In this document: positions 38,763 through 50,268 of the stretch, piece by piece
Layout of the letters: the number at the start of each line of letters is the position of its first letter
Position numbering within the stretch: position 1 is the stretch's first letter
Source: Macrostomum hystrix
Lineage: Eukaryota > Animalia > Platyhelminthes
NCBI GenBank assembly: GCA_950097015.1
Contig: CATNEN010000039.1
Coordinates: 10,478,001-10,542,000, forward strand
Length of the DNA stretch: 64,000 nucleotides
Direction: 5' to 3'
Made by a program: the position numbers and the translations under genes
The notes under the pieces: model-generated
What the model saw: only the letters and a program-made list of their open reading frames with translations
Told to the model about the DNA's origin: nothing
Database searches by the model: none

Positions 38763-39216
38763 AACATTTTCAAACTCCTATAGGAAGACCACGATGTCTT
38801 TAAATGCTTCTAATGCTATTCATAGAACGGTGAGCTTACATTTTCTTATTAAAAAAAACAAAAAAGCTTCACTTTAATTTAGTCTTTCACGCTACTTTTA
38901 CAGGGAAAAAGCCCGAGTTGGAGCACAGTAAATTCCTGGAATTTAAGAGACAAAAATAAAACAAGCCAAAGTCATTTCACTTGTGATTATTGATTGATTT
39001 TTATACCTCGTTTTGAGAAAAATGTTTTGAGTAAGTTTTTTCTGCAGAAATGGGCAAAATGTGGAAAGTGGTGTTCTTTTTTGCTGAATAATTTGCCTGC
39101 GAAAGAATTTTGTTTTCGACGAGTCGCATTTAATTCAATTGGTATTTAAGGAAGTGAAAAACTTCAGAGCTGGGAATCAAAATAGAAAGAAAGCACTGCA
39201 GAGGTGATTTAAGAAA

Positions 39217-40968
39217 ATGAATTTCCTGCAGCTTGTTTTTCGGTTGCTTCTTTTGCTTCCGTTGTTACACGACGATGTGGCTTCTGGCACCCGGATCTGC
39301 AGATCCTTACATATAACCAGCAAGGGCTATGAGACCCACAGAAATGTTAGTCGCTTGCAGGCGGAGTTGACGGCTTTAGTAGCTGGCTGCCAGTATGTAT
39401 TCGGCAACTTGGAGTTGGGCAATATAGGTATGAACCAATCAACGTACCAACCGCTGGACGATGAAATTCGAAACATGCAAACAGACTTTCTTGACTCCAT
39501 TGTTGAGATCAGAGGAGCACTGACGATCAATTACGTCAGCCTTAAGCGCGTCACCTTCCGCAACTTGCGCACAATCCGAGGTTACGCTTTTAATGAATCT
39601 ACTACTGACTTCCCATTATATTCATTTGTATTATTCTTTTCGCGGAACATGAGGAAGCTGGAATTGCCCAAGCTGACTGCAATCACAAAGAAAAATGTAT
39701 ATCTATTGGGGTCAATTCAGTCTAGCTTGTACTGCTACCTGTCCTACAGCATCAACTGGAGAAGCCTGTTTCAAGAACCAGGCCAGCGTTTTTCTGATAA
39801 CATATTTTCTGTTATTACTGAAGAAGGCCAAGTTCTTCTGAGACGCTGGAGCTCACATGCGATAAGGCATACCTGCAATCGTCTGCTTTCCTGTCACGCC
39901 AATTGTACTCAAACTCCAATTTATAACAAAACTTGCTGGTCCGACGGTGTTGATGGCTGCCAAAGTAATCATCTGTGTCGTAAGCGCAAGTGTAAATCTA
40001 CGAACCTATGCTTCCGTAACCCTAGCACTGGCCAAGAAGACTGCTGCCACGACGACTGCCTTGGCGGTTGCTCAAACCGGCCCAACGAGTGCTTCGCCTG
40101 TCGCAGAGGAGTATTGTTCAATGGTGTCTGTAGAGAATCCTGTCCGTCGAATACTAGTACCGCTAGTGGCAATGGCACTGGCGTGACTGTTTGGCGACAG
40201 ATCGGCAACATCTGCGTAGAGGAGTGCTCACTGCCCTTTGTTGTTAGCTCTGACGGCAGGCGCTGCTTAATCGAGTGTCCGTCAGCAGAAGTCCCTATCA
40301 AAGGAGTTTGCTCAAAGTGTATTGACAAAATTAGCTCTAAGCCCTGCAAATCGTGCAATGTCTCCAATATAATTACTGACGATTTAGTATACTCATTGAG
40401 GACTGAGCAGTGTTCGATTTGGAGGGCCGATTTTTCTGATCTAGTCGTGCATGCTGATTGGTTAAGTAGCTTAGATAACCTGAAAGTATTGGAGAATTTA
40501 GAGTACTTTTACGGCAATTTAATAATTCAGAGATCTCAACACTTGACAGAAAATATTCGATTCCTACGTAATATCAAACATGTCACTTCTTCCTTTGAGA
40601 TTGAATTTCTCAAGACGAGATACCTCGGACTAGCTAGCTTGGAATATACTCCTAACCTTGAGCTTAAGGATATTAGTGATCTTTGCAGAGCCTGGTATCC
40701 TAGCAATCGAATCCGAGAAATCCAGGAAGTCACTAAAGAATTTCAAATTACAATAGAAAACCTGAGCTTCGATGACAGCAGCGAGATTTGCCGGAACGCT
40801 ACCTGCGATGCTCAGTGCCAGGACGAATGCTGGGGACCCGGTCCAGACATGTGCGTGGCGTGTCGGAACTTCAAAGTGAACGGCCGCTGCTATGCCACCT
40901 GTGCGGAGTCGGGCAGGATTGAAGTAAATGGGAATTGTGAACTGCCTGTGCCACAGCTAATCGGCTAA
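39217..40968 (+). CDS. intronless secreted EGFR/ErbB-like ectodomain (L1, furin-like Cys-rich, L2, partial domain IV), no TM or kinase
   Basis: Signal peptide; GCQYVFGNLEL, FLDSIVEIRG, FRNLRTIRG; CHANC..CW...CQ, DCCHDDCLGGC..CFACR; LGLASLE; CDAQCQDECWGPGPDMCVACRN. Confidence 0.9.
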   Translation: MNFLQLVFRLLLLLPLLHDDVASGTRICRSLHITSKGYETHRNVSRLQAELTALVAGCQYVFGNLELGNIGMNQSTYQPLDDEIRNMQTDFLDSIVEIRGALTINYVSLKRVTFRNLRTIRGYAFNESTTDFPLYSFVLFFSRNMRKLELPKLTAITKKNVYLLGSIQSSLYCYLSYSINWRSLFQEPGQRFSDNIFSVITEEGQVLLRRWSSHAIRHTCNRLLSCHANCTQTPIYNKTCWSDGVDGCQSNHLCRKRKCKSTNLCFRNPSTGQEDCCHDDCLGGCSNRPNECFACRRGVLFNGVCRESCPSNTSTASGNGTGVTVWRQIGNICVEECSLPFVVSSDGRRCLIECPSAEVPIKGVCSKCIDKISSKPCKSCNVSNIITDDLVYSLRTEQCSIWRADFSDLVVHADWLSSLDNLKVLENLEYFYGNLIIQRSQHLTENIRFLRNIKHVTSSFEIEFLKTRYLGLASLEYTPNLELKDISDLCRAWYPSNRIREIQEVTKEFQITIENLSFDDSSEICRNATCDAQCQDECWGPGPDMCVACRNFKVNGRCYATCAESGRIEVNGNCELPVPQLIG

Positions 40969-43900
40969 TGCGATGAAGGCTGCAACGGTCCAGGGCGTGA
41001 TCAATGTGTGAACTGAGAAGTTTCGTTACGAACAAATCAGTGCTTCATTGTAATGAGACTAAATTTGAGCTACTAATAGTAAACCAATATCCCTATGAAA
41101 ATTCTAAGATGAAATTTTGGAACAAGCTTTTGTCTTTAATTAGTCGATTAGCACATGCAGTGGCACACCATCAAGGCAAGCCGTTGTGGCCATATTTGGT
41201 CACCTGAGTTTGACGTCGCCATTTGTTGAAGCCAGTCAGGAAAAGACCTTCAGCACTTGAGTGTTTTTAGTTTTCGATACCTAAATAAAAATAGACTCGT
41301 ACTTCAAAATCAAATACTACTACTTTCAGTAGTATTTGTCGTGCATGCACGAGATGCACGCATGCACGTCCTTCATAAGCTTGTGCAGTGCTGTAGCTGA
41401 GTTAACCATTTGCCTATCAAGTATTTAATCAACAGGGTGCTCAGTGACTCGCACTTTTACTCAGCAGCAGAGCTGCACAATGTCTACTCGATGTACTCAA
41501 ATTAAAGTAGGCGTTGAGTTGAAAAGTCAGGGTTTTGTGAAGAGTCTTACACGGGTATAACTCCCTTGCTGCTCTTATTATATCCAGTTTAGTGTTGCTA
41601 TCAGCATGCGTTTACTGGTGTTATTTTACGGAGCGTCACTTCTAGGCACTACAGACTCAAGCATGCTACTTTCTTTAGATTGTTCGCTCAAGCTAGTTTA
41701 CAATATTAGATCTCGCTTCTCTGCGACTACTGGTCTGAGTACAGAGACAATTCAACTCAGGAACAAAATCTCAACTCGCGATAGCTCGAGCAAAGCTGTG
41801 AGCCATTTCTCTCGACTTAACTAAGGTATTTAACGGTTGAAAGGAGAGAAATGTGTCAAGCCAAACACGCGCGCACATACAATAGCTAAGGGCTACTGCG
41901 TGCATCCAATGATTGGATAGAGGTGCTGCACATATAAAATCCGATTTCGTCGTTAATGGACGTTAAATGGGCGCATTCTGAGCCACGAATCTATCGTCTA
42001 TGGTTGGAAAATGCGAAGTCTTGAACCGGTGTGCCATATAATGGTCCTGAAAACGGGGCCCATTAAACCGTATAATGGGCGCCAAATAATGGGCCGCAAA
42101 TCATTTATTGACGAAAAAACGTTTCAAACATGTTTAAACAAGTAGAATAAGCGACAACTAAGTAGTTAATAGTCAGTGGCAGTAACGGTCAATACCCAGC
42201 GTGAGGTAAACATCGTTAGTCGAATTTGATCTCGATCCTGCCACCCTCGATGACAAGAGACTTGACCCCGTGGCCAGCAGTGGACTTACCGGAGTTTCGG
42301 CCAGACTCCGCTACAGCAGGTTGCCCGCTTGATGGACCACTGACGTTCGTCGGACGACTGGAGTCCTGCAAAGCGTCAGAGGTAATCCTCGTAACTTTGG
42401 CCGATGGGCCTATTCTCATTCGAAATATTATGATCTCAAAATAAAAATTAATAATAATGATTGCTTCTCGATATTCGAGACACTTTTCTTAAGCTCTGAA
42501 AGTAAAACAACGCTAGCAGCTACGCCTGCTCAATCAGTCCTCTTTTAGAATTTAATCGTAGATCGTATAACGCTTGAAGAAATGCTCGAAAAGAAGTTAA
42601 AAATTAAAACGAATGACGCATTTAGCTCGTAGCTATGCTCAACATTTTTTTTCTAGTTCTGATTCGGATAACGCTTGCAGTTATGCTGGATAATTTTTGT
42701 TAGCTTGGAATACAAAAAAATGCTAACAGCACAGTCTTCACTTCTTTTTTAATCCTATTGAATATTGCTTGCAAGAATGCTTAACAAACGCTGAAAGTTA
42801 AAAGGAACAATCGCATTGCTCAAAGTATTTTCTAATATTTCTGAATCAATGAACCATGGCAGATATGCTCGAAAATGCTTTCCTCAGTTTTGTAGCGAAT
42901 AAAACTTGCTGCACTCAAAATTTTTGGGGGGGGGGCGCCCACCCCGAGCCCGCTCCTTATCTGCCTGTCTGGCTTGGAGATCGGGGCCACCTTCCGCCAC
43001 TCCCCCCTTCCGCCGCTACCCACCTTCCCTCGCTCTCACCACTTCCGCCGCTCCACTCCTTAGCGTAGGGATCGAGTTTGCCTACGCTAGTTTGCCGGCA
43101 TTTCTTTGTGTCCTGAACCCATTGTGCCACGCCACCTAGCCTTCTAGTCTCAGTAGTGCACCGCCATACGATGACGCCACGCCCTAGCCACCGGCAAATC
43201 AGTCTCTATCATACTTTCTTCATAATTGTTGCCCGCCGCAGTACAAGAAGTGATTCAACCCTACGTGAAGACCCTGTTCCATTGTTGCCATTGTTGCTAT
43301 ATGTCGCTAATACTGAGCGAGCCTGCATGTACACCTATATCCTCTACGTCGCCAATACTCGTCATCATCTACTACAACGTCATTGCCCGAGTGCTACTGC
43401 TAGACAAATCTTCGCCGTGTTTGTCGTTATTTATTCCACCTGGGTCCTCACCGAGAGCGTCACATTATTTCTTCGATAATTCGCTTTTACCATTTCGATA
43501 AATAATGTTACCCCCTCCATTATTTTTGCCAGCCACTTGATAAATTATTCTACCTTATTGATTATTTATACTCCACCTTGATAACTTTTGCTTTCCTCAT
43601 GATAAATTTTGTTTACCTCTCGATAATTCATTTTCTCCCTCGATAATTCATGCTTCTCTCTTAATCTATCTACTGATTAGCTACTATCATATCCTTTCTA
43701 TGGATAATTACTGCTTCCTTCTTGATAGTAAATGTTTCCTCCTGGATAAATTATGCTTCCACATCGATTATGAATGCTATCTTCTGGAAATCTCATGCTT
43801 TCCCCGAGAAATATCATGCTTATCTTGCTAAACAACTCGTAAAAACGATACAATTGAAAAAGCTAAACGCTAATATTGCTGTGGTTTAAATGTTGTCTTA

Positions 43901-45239
43901 TATTTCTAAATCTAATTACGCTTGCAGCAACGTGCGAAAAATCTGTCCTTAGTTTTATACTGAATAGCGCCTTTTTACGGAAAGACTATATTTTTTTCAC
44001 TATATTAATACTCGTACCCAAAAGAGCTGAATAAAAATGTAAATAGAAAACAGTTACTGATAATTATGCATAACAATAATTAGCTACCCCTAGATAGATC
44101 ATACTACCCCTCAATAATTCCTGCTAGTGTTGTAGTGCTGCTTTTTAATAGCACTTCCCTAGTAATTTAACTTCCTCTATTAGTAATACATAATGCAAGT
44201 GGTTGGCTTAACTTCCTTATTTATTGTTTTCAGTCACTTAAAGTGACCTGTACAATCATTATACCGCACCCCTGTTGGGTTGATTGATTCAAACTACTGA
44301 TAGTTTGGGTAGCGTGGCTTTCAACACGATAGGTCTGGCCTTCTGCCAGTAATGTTCTAGATACTAAATCTAGGTAATTCTGGAGACACTGCTCTCAGGT
44401 GTTTCAGACAATTTAATCAGATATTTCGGGCTCTCTGGCCAGTCTGTACTCGGGCTTCTCCCGGATCGGTCTTTAACGGTTTCCACTCACTTAGAAATAA
44501 GTAAGGCTTTTGAGCATGCTCACAAAGAGACTGAACTGTTTAAGCTCCAATTTAATGGCAGACCAAACGGTTAGCTTCCTGTATGAAAACCCCTCTGTAT
44601 TTATACCAAAAATCCTATCGAATATTCCCAGTATATTTCAGTGGAGTAAAACAAAGTTTATGTATAGATATTTGTAGCATATAAAAATATTTCGCGCGCT
44701 AGTTTAATTTGGCCAATGAGAGCCCTTTACACTATCCCTAAATAAATTATTCTATCCTTTTGAAAAAAGTGCTATACCCTGAAAGTATTATGTTATCCTA
44801 GAAATCTCATGCAATGTACATTAAGTTAGCACATTAAGTTAGCCATATATTAACGCACGTAGGGTGCTACAAGTAGTGACGCAATCCTATTCAATTGAGA
44901 GCATCCGCCCTGTTCTGTGCTACTAACGCACGCACGGGCGAGAAAAAGCACAGATGCAATCTTCTAATAAAGCTGACAGTGTCCGGCCCTATTCTACCGA
45001 AAAAACAGGGTCTATTGTATTCTGGATCTATTCTAACAGAAAATGACGGCTTTTTCGAGCATTAAATGCCTTTAAAATTAGCAAATAATTCGCAAAACGT
45101 GTAACATCTCGTTAAAAGGCAAATATTTTAGAGAAAGAATCGCGAAAATCGGACATCGTTTTTGCTAGAACAACGACAAGACCACATTTTACATTGAGTG
45201 AATGGACACACACACTTTTAGCATAATAGAAGATAGAGA

Positions 45240-45900
45240 GTACAACATCCCTCCCAATAGCTCGTATTGGTTAAAGACGGAGGAATAGAAAATGATTAAA
45301 ATAAGCATTTTGTTTCTACGCATGCGAAGCTCACAAAAGGTAACGTAGTTTGGCACGGGACACAAACTTAAATGCTGTAGGTAAGTCAGATTGTCACAGT
45401 CAAGTCCTTGTTAGCGGTTCGCTTTACTTTGACACCGGATGCTGCCATCGACGGGCGTTCCGAACATCAGATCGGCGGCGGAGATTCCCGTGACGGTGTC
45501 TGGCGTGTTGCTGTACACGGCGAGCCACTCTCGCAGCGCAGCTCGCCAATCAGTTTCTTGGGCTTCAGAAATGCAGAGCAGCTTGCTGAGGGACCGATTT
45601 AGTTGCTCTGTAATGCCATTTAATTTGCAGTGGTATCGTCTGATGCGTAGATGGCTAATCCTGAGACTTTTGACAAAGCTGTTCAACACCTTTGATGCAA
45701 ACAGTGGGCTGTTGTCGGATACAACCTGTCCTGCGGTTCCGAACGTCCCGAAGATCTGCTGCAGTTTTTTGATAGTGGCTTCTGCTGTCATCGATTTCCT
45801 GGCACAACGAATGGGTAGCGTTAGAAATGTTCGACAACTACCATGAAGTGCCGGCCGTTAATTGGCACGAGGAAGTCAAACACGACGGTCTCTGGCGCTG
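45240..45900 (-). mobile_element. Gypsy-like integrase remnant with PPT/LTR start
   Basis: TAEATIKKLQQIFGTFG...VVSDNSPLFAS...NGITEQLN; GGGAGGGA-TGTTGTA at ~45255-45241. Confidence 0.75.
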
Positions 45901-46169
45901 AGTCTCTGGCCTTGACAGAAAAGCATGAGAAATGATACGCAGGAAAGGATGGAAGGAGAGCGTCGCGATGTTACAGATTTCGCGACACTCAGGAAATCCT
46001 ACTCAGAAGTGCGGATATCCCTTTCGAATTTCCTTGTTCTCCATTGCCTACCCTAATAAGTCGTTGCGTTGCTTTAAGGCGAGGGACTCAGCCTTTTCAC
46101 AATATTCAGCATCAGTCCTTTGGTGCAGTGCTAGGGCTAGCGCTGCATGGTCTCTATTAAAACTAATTA

Positions 46170-46439
46170 GTGGCTTTTAAAGGCCGATTGTATGCACAAT
46201 CGCGCTGCTATGTCGAGTGTTTAGAATGTCGTCCGTACTGCATTTCAGACAACAAGACCTTCACAAAGACTGACAGGCCAACCAAGACAGTCACCGCCAC
46301 TGTTGCAACCAACTGGACTGTGTCCGTTGGTTGCAACAACGACCTCTTCTGTCTGGAGGAGTGCGCCAGCAGCCCCAGCTGCCAGGCTGTGATTTTCAAC
46401 GAACGGCAGCTGCTGTGCCACCTGCTCAGGTTTTTTTGA
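46170..46439 (+). pseudogene. PAN/apple-domain fragment
   Basis: FCLEECASSPSCQAVIFNERQLLCHL Cys pattern; no clear start or signal peptide. Confidence 0.5.
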
Positions 46440-47879
46440 GTGCCACTCAAGCTCAAAAATGCTCCGAATAACTTACACCGCGGACCACAAAAATATCTGG
46501 AGAACTAAGGCAGGGACCACTGAGGAAATCGCCAGGGGAAAAAGCATCCGAAATCTCACATTTTCTCGCAACCATTGCCGATCCAAACATTTCCTTCACC
46601 TGCTACAGATAGGTTACTATCAACGAAATGTCAAGATACGAGCGTAGGCCATATTTGAGTTACGAGTTACATAATTGACTGCTCACATATTAAAGTTAGC
46701 ACATTAAAACGTATTTAAAACTAGTCTATTTAACTGCATATTATTTATACGCGGTTTTGAGGTCCTTAATAAAACAAAAATCGATTCTGTTATACTGCCA
46801 AACATGGAAAAAAGAAGGTTAAGCGTCTAAAAATTTCCTGTTTGTTCTAGATCAGAGATACTTGGCAGAATGCGATTTGTACAAAGTTAAAATTTGTTTC
46901 TTTACACGAAAACGTTACAAAACCGGAGTGATGCAGAACCGAGATTGAAACGCGAAATTATTCTTTTTTTCCTTTAACAATTCTTCTAGCTTGCTTATAT
47001 GGTTTTTCGATTTCAATTTTTTCAGTTTTACTTCACTAGCTTCTGCGCCATAAAATTTAATATTCTACCAAAATGACTCATTTAGACGAAAAAGTCTTGT
47101 TGGGAAATGAACTGAATATTGCTTGTACTCTCTTGCTAGCAATTAGACTTTTCTTTTCTGCGTGGCCACTAATTGACAACCAGGCATCTATTGGATAATT
47201 ATCTGCATTGGATAATATTGGAAAATTACCTATTGTAGCTGCCGAAGACCGCGTACAACGTTCCAGCCCCCAGAACCTGCCGTCTATTGCCAGCACGATC
47301 GCCATAGTCCCGAGGAGAGGTCCGATCGGCGTGTGCCGATCGCCATTCTCCTGAAGAAAGGCAAGACATCCGATGAGATTGGCTTCTTCTGGTCGATTGC
47401 CCTGAACTCAAGGCTGGCTAAGCTAGCCGAGCGTTAGGTCCAAGCGTGGCTCTACGGGTGGGCCGAGTTCCAGCACACCTTTTACTTTTTACTTAATTGC
47501 AGGGGGCCTGGGGCACTTGACGCACAAGCGCAGGAACGACTAGGCGGGAGTCGCCCATCGCGCCATCTGGACCCCTGGACACAGAAACCTCACACAGCCG
47601 CAAGCCAAGCGGGGAAGGGGGCGGCAGCCGGAGTGCCTCTATCTCACCACAGGCCCGCACATGCACAGAGCAGACCAAACCAGGGGAGGACTTAGATGCC
47701 TGAATGGTAGGGACGAAAGGACCAAGCCACGCGCGCAGACGGCTGGTGAAACCTCGACGCTCAGAGCACGCATGGCTGGTGCACACCCGCCCCACCCCCA
47801 TACAACGCCTCACTGTCGGCCCAAGGCACAAACACAAACACAAACAAGCAGGCATGCAGAAGGCAGGGGTTAGGCTATT

Positions 47880-48720
47880 CTAAATTAGCTTTGGTTGCAC
47901 AGAATAAGGTGCATCTCCACAAGTCACTACTTCGCAAATCTCCAGCTAAGCCCCGAAATTAGCGTGACTTGGAGGGAGGAACGAACCAGCGACCATTGGA
48001 AAGTGAGGCAGCGACATTCGCCGCTGACCCACTCACCCCCTCCTGCTGCACCCCACTCAGGCCGGTCGATGCGCAGCAGCAGATTGCCCGGCTTACTCAG
48101 CTCATCAGTGACGGCCACCAATAGCCACCCGTCAGAGGAACGGTGGCCGTCTTGTTTGAGTTCCGTAGACTGTATAGAATCAGGGCCTGTTGCACATCCT
48201 GCACGCCGCCTGGATCCGGCCGCGGGCGTTCGCTGGCAAACAAGCCTCTTGGCTGACCGACGAGCTGCTGTCAAGGCGCATGGCGCGCTGAGCAGCTGCC
48301 GGATCTTTCGCGAGGTCCTGCCGCAGTCGCGTTTTTGCCCCACTGCTCTTTGAGCTGAACATCAACGACCTACCCGGCTGCTGTCAGAGTACGTGTATTC
48401 TAAATGAACGTTGCTTGACGCAGACGATCTCGCTGTCGCGGTGCAAGGCTTGACTGCGGAGGAGGCCGAGGCGAAAGCGCAGCGGGCAATTGACGCGGTC
48501 ACCGCCTGAGAGAAGACTGGTTTATCTTTGGCTAAACGATATAACTTTCGCCTTGGACCGCCAGCAGCGCTTCCTCGGCATCATCCTGGATCACTGAAAT
48601 CGGGGTTTCCAGGCCTCTATAGGCGTCAATATTGCACCTGCCTGCGGTTTTTTTATACGAGATTGAGGAGAAGGCCGCTTACCTGTTTAATAACTAGCCT
48701 AGCTTACTAGCCCTGTCTCT
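47880..48720 (+). mobile_element. heavily deleted non-LTR retrotransposon remnant (APE SDH motif + RT)
   Basis: TSDHW; LADRRAAVK; FAPLLFELNINDL; ADDLAV in shifting frames. Confidence 0.65.
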
Positions 48721-48902
48721 TCACCTCCACGAAGAAGTGGGCTAACGTTACAGCCTGAGCAGATCTCGGATATCTCCTGCTTTTTCCTGTGGCGAACAGA
48801 GCGGTTGGGCGCTGGTCAGACATCCGTTCTGAGCAGAGAAAGCTTGGGCGAAGCGCTCAGCCGCGCAGCGGGCTGCCTCCCCTCCTAGCCGGCTGCATGG
48901 CC

Positions 48903-48904
<2 letters not shown>

Positions 48905-48958
<54 letters not shown>
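48905..48958. repeat. (CA)n microsatellite
   Basis: Direct observation. Confidence 0.95.
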
Positions 48959-48959
<1 letters not shown>

Positions 48960-49375
48960 CTTCGTGTTTCACTCTTGGATTCGATTTGATCGAAATATTT
49001 TCAAAAAGGAAAATAATTTTTATTAAGCGTCATACAAATTATTAATTTTCGAAACATAAATGTCCATATCCTAGGCTTTTTAAAAAGTGTACCTGCTTTC
49101 ATAGTTCAAGCATGAGTTCTACGCTGCTTCATTGTCAATGTCATCTTTTATTTGTCAGCTTTTGGTAAAAACCTAACTTCCGTTATAATTAATCAGCAGT
49201 GCTGGAAATTCAAAAAACATTTTGGCTAACTGAGCATCTTAAGTGTTTTCGGAACAAAAAGAGTAAAGGATTGTGTTTTTTTCTTTGTGTGCATTATATA
49301 TATATATATATATATGCATTAACTGGCTGATTGTGCAAATGCTTCATTGCAACATAATCTTATATTCATATTTTT

Positions 49376-49625
49376 AGAGTGGGTTGTAGCCTAGTGGTTA
49401 GATTCGAATCGCAACTCCGCTGTTGCAATTTTTGTGTCCTTTAGCAAGACTCTTTACTCTGAAGTGCTTCAGTTCACCCAGCTGTTAAATGGGTTCCAGA
49501 ATTTACTGGGGTAATTGAATTACTCGTAGGTGGTGTGTTGTCCCCTCAGTCCACGGACTGAACAGCCGTACGCAGCCTTCGCTGCGGCTGTGCTGTCGGC
49601 TGCACATCTGACCCCGAGTGGTAAA
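49376..49625 (+). mobile_element. tRNA-derived CORE-like SINE (internally deleted head)
   Basis: ggttgtagcctagtggttag head shared with 4198-4296; tgtgtcctttagcaagac...ttcagttcacccagctgttaaatggg resembles the CORE domain. Confidence 0.7.
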
Positions 49626-50268
49626 ATTTAATATTTTTTATTATAGTTTCTATTATTACTATTTTTTAGAAAGAAAAATTACAGTTTAGTAAAATGGATT
49701 TTGAATCTCACCTGCACTTTTCTATATTTGTGTGCGACTCGAGCAATTAAATTTAACTAGATTAAGTTGGCCTGTGATTGTTCTATTGTAAGTTTAGCAA
49801 GTACAACTGGATTGATTGGCATTAATTGACTCGCTTTTGTTGTGAAAATATTATTTTGTATAATTTCAGTCTACTAAAAGTGTCCAATCATCTGGTGCGG
49901 ACATCTCAGACTTTGATGAAAAAATTGTCGGACATAGAAGAAGACTTGTCAGAGTCCACAGACACAGACTTGTCGGATTCAACTGGCACTAACTGGTCTG
50001 ATTTGATAGATCAAAGCAGGCTTTCAGATTCTGAGTCTAAACCCGGTCAGAGAAAGACTGGAGAAAAAAAACTGAGATACCGACAGCAGCAACAGCAGCA
50101 GCGGCAGTGGAAGAAGCAAGGACACATCCTATAGCGAAGAGCATAATGCTGAAAGCAGCGCAAGCAATGAAGGTAAAATAAATATATACCTCACATGTAT
50201 TATTTCCTTGCTGTATATTTTATTACGTAATATGAAATAAATGTATACTTGTACCTTCGTTTATACAG

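Noticed and set aside
47400-47490. Structured stretch upstream of the LINE relic, possible self-cleaving ribozyme
   Set aside because: Hairpins are present but I could not fit HDV, twister or hammerhead consensus by eye; an Infernal/Rfam scan would be needed
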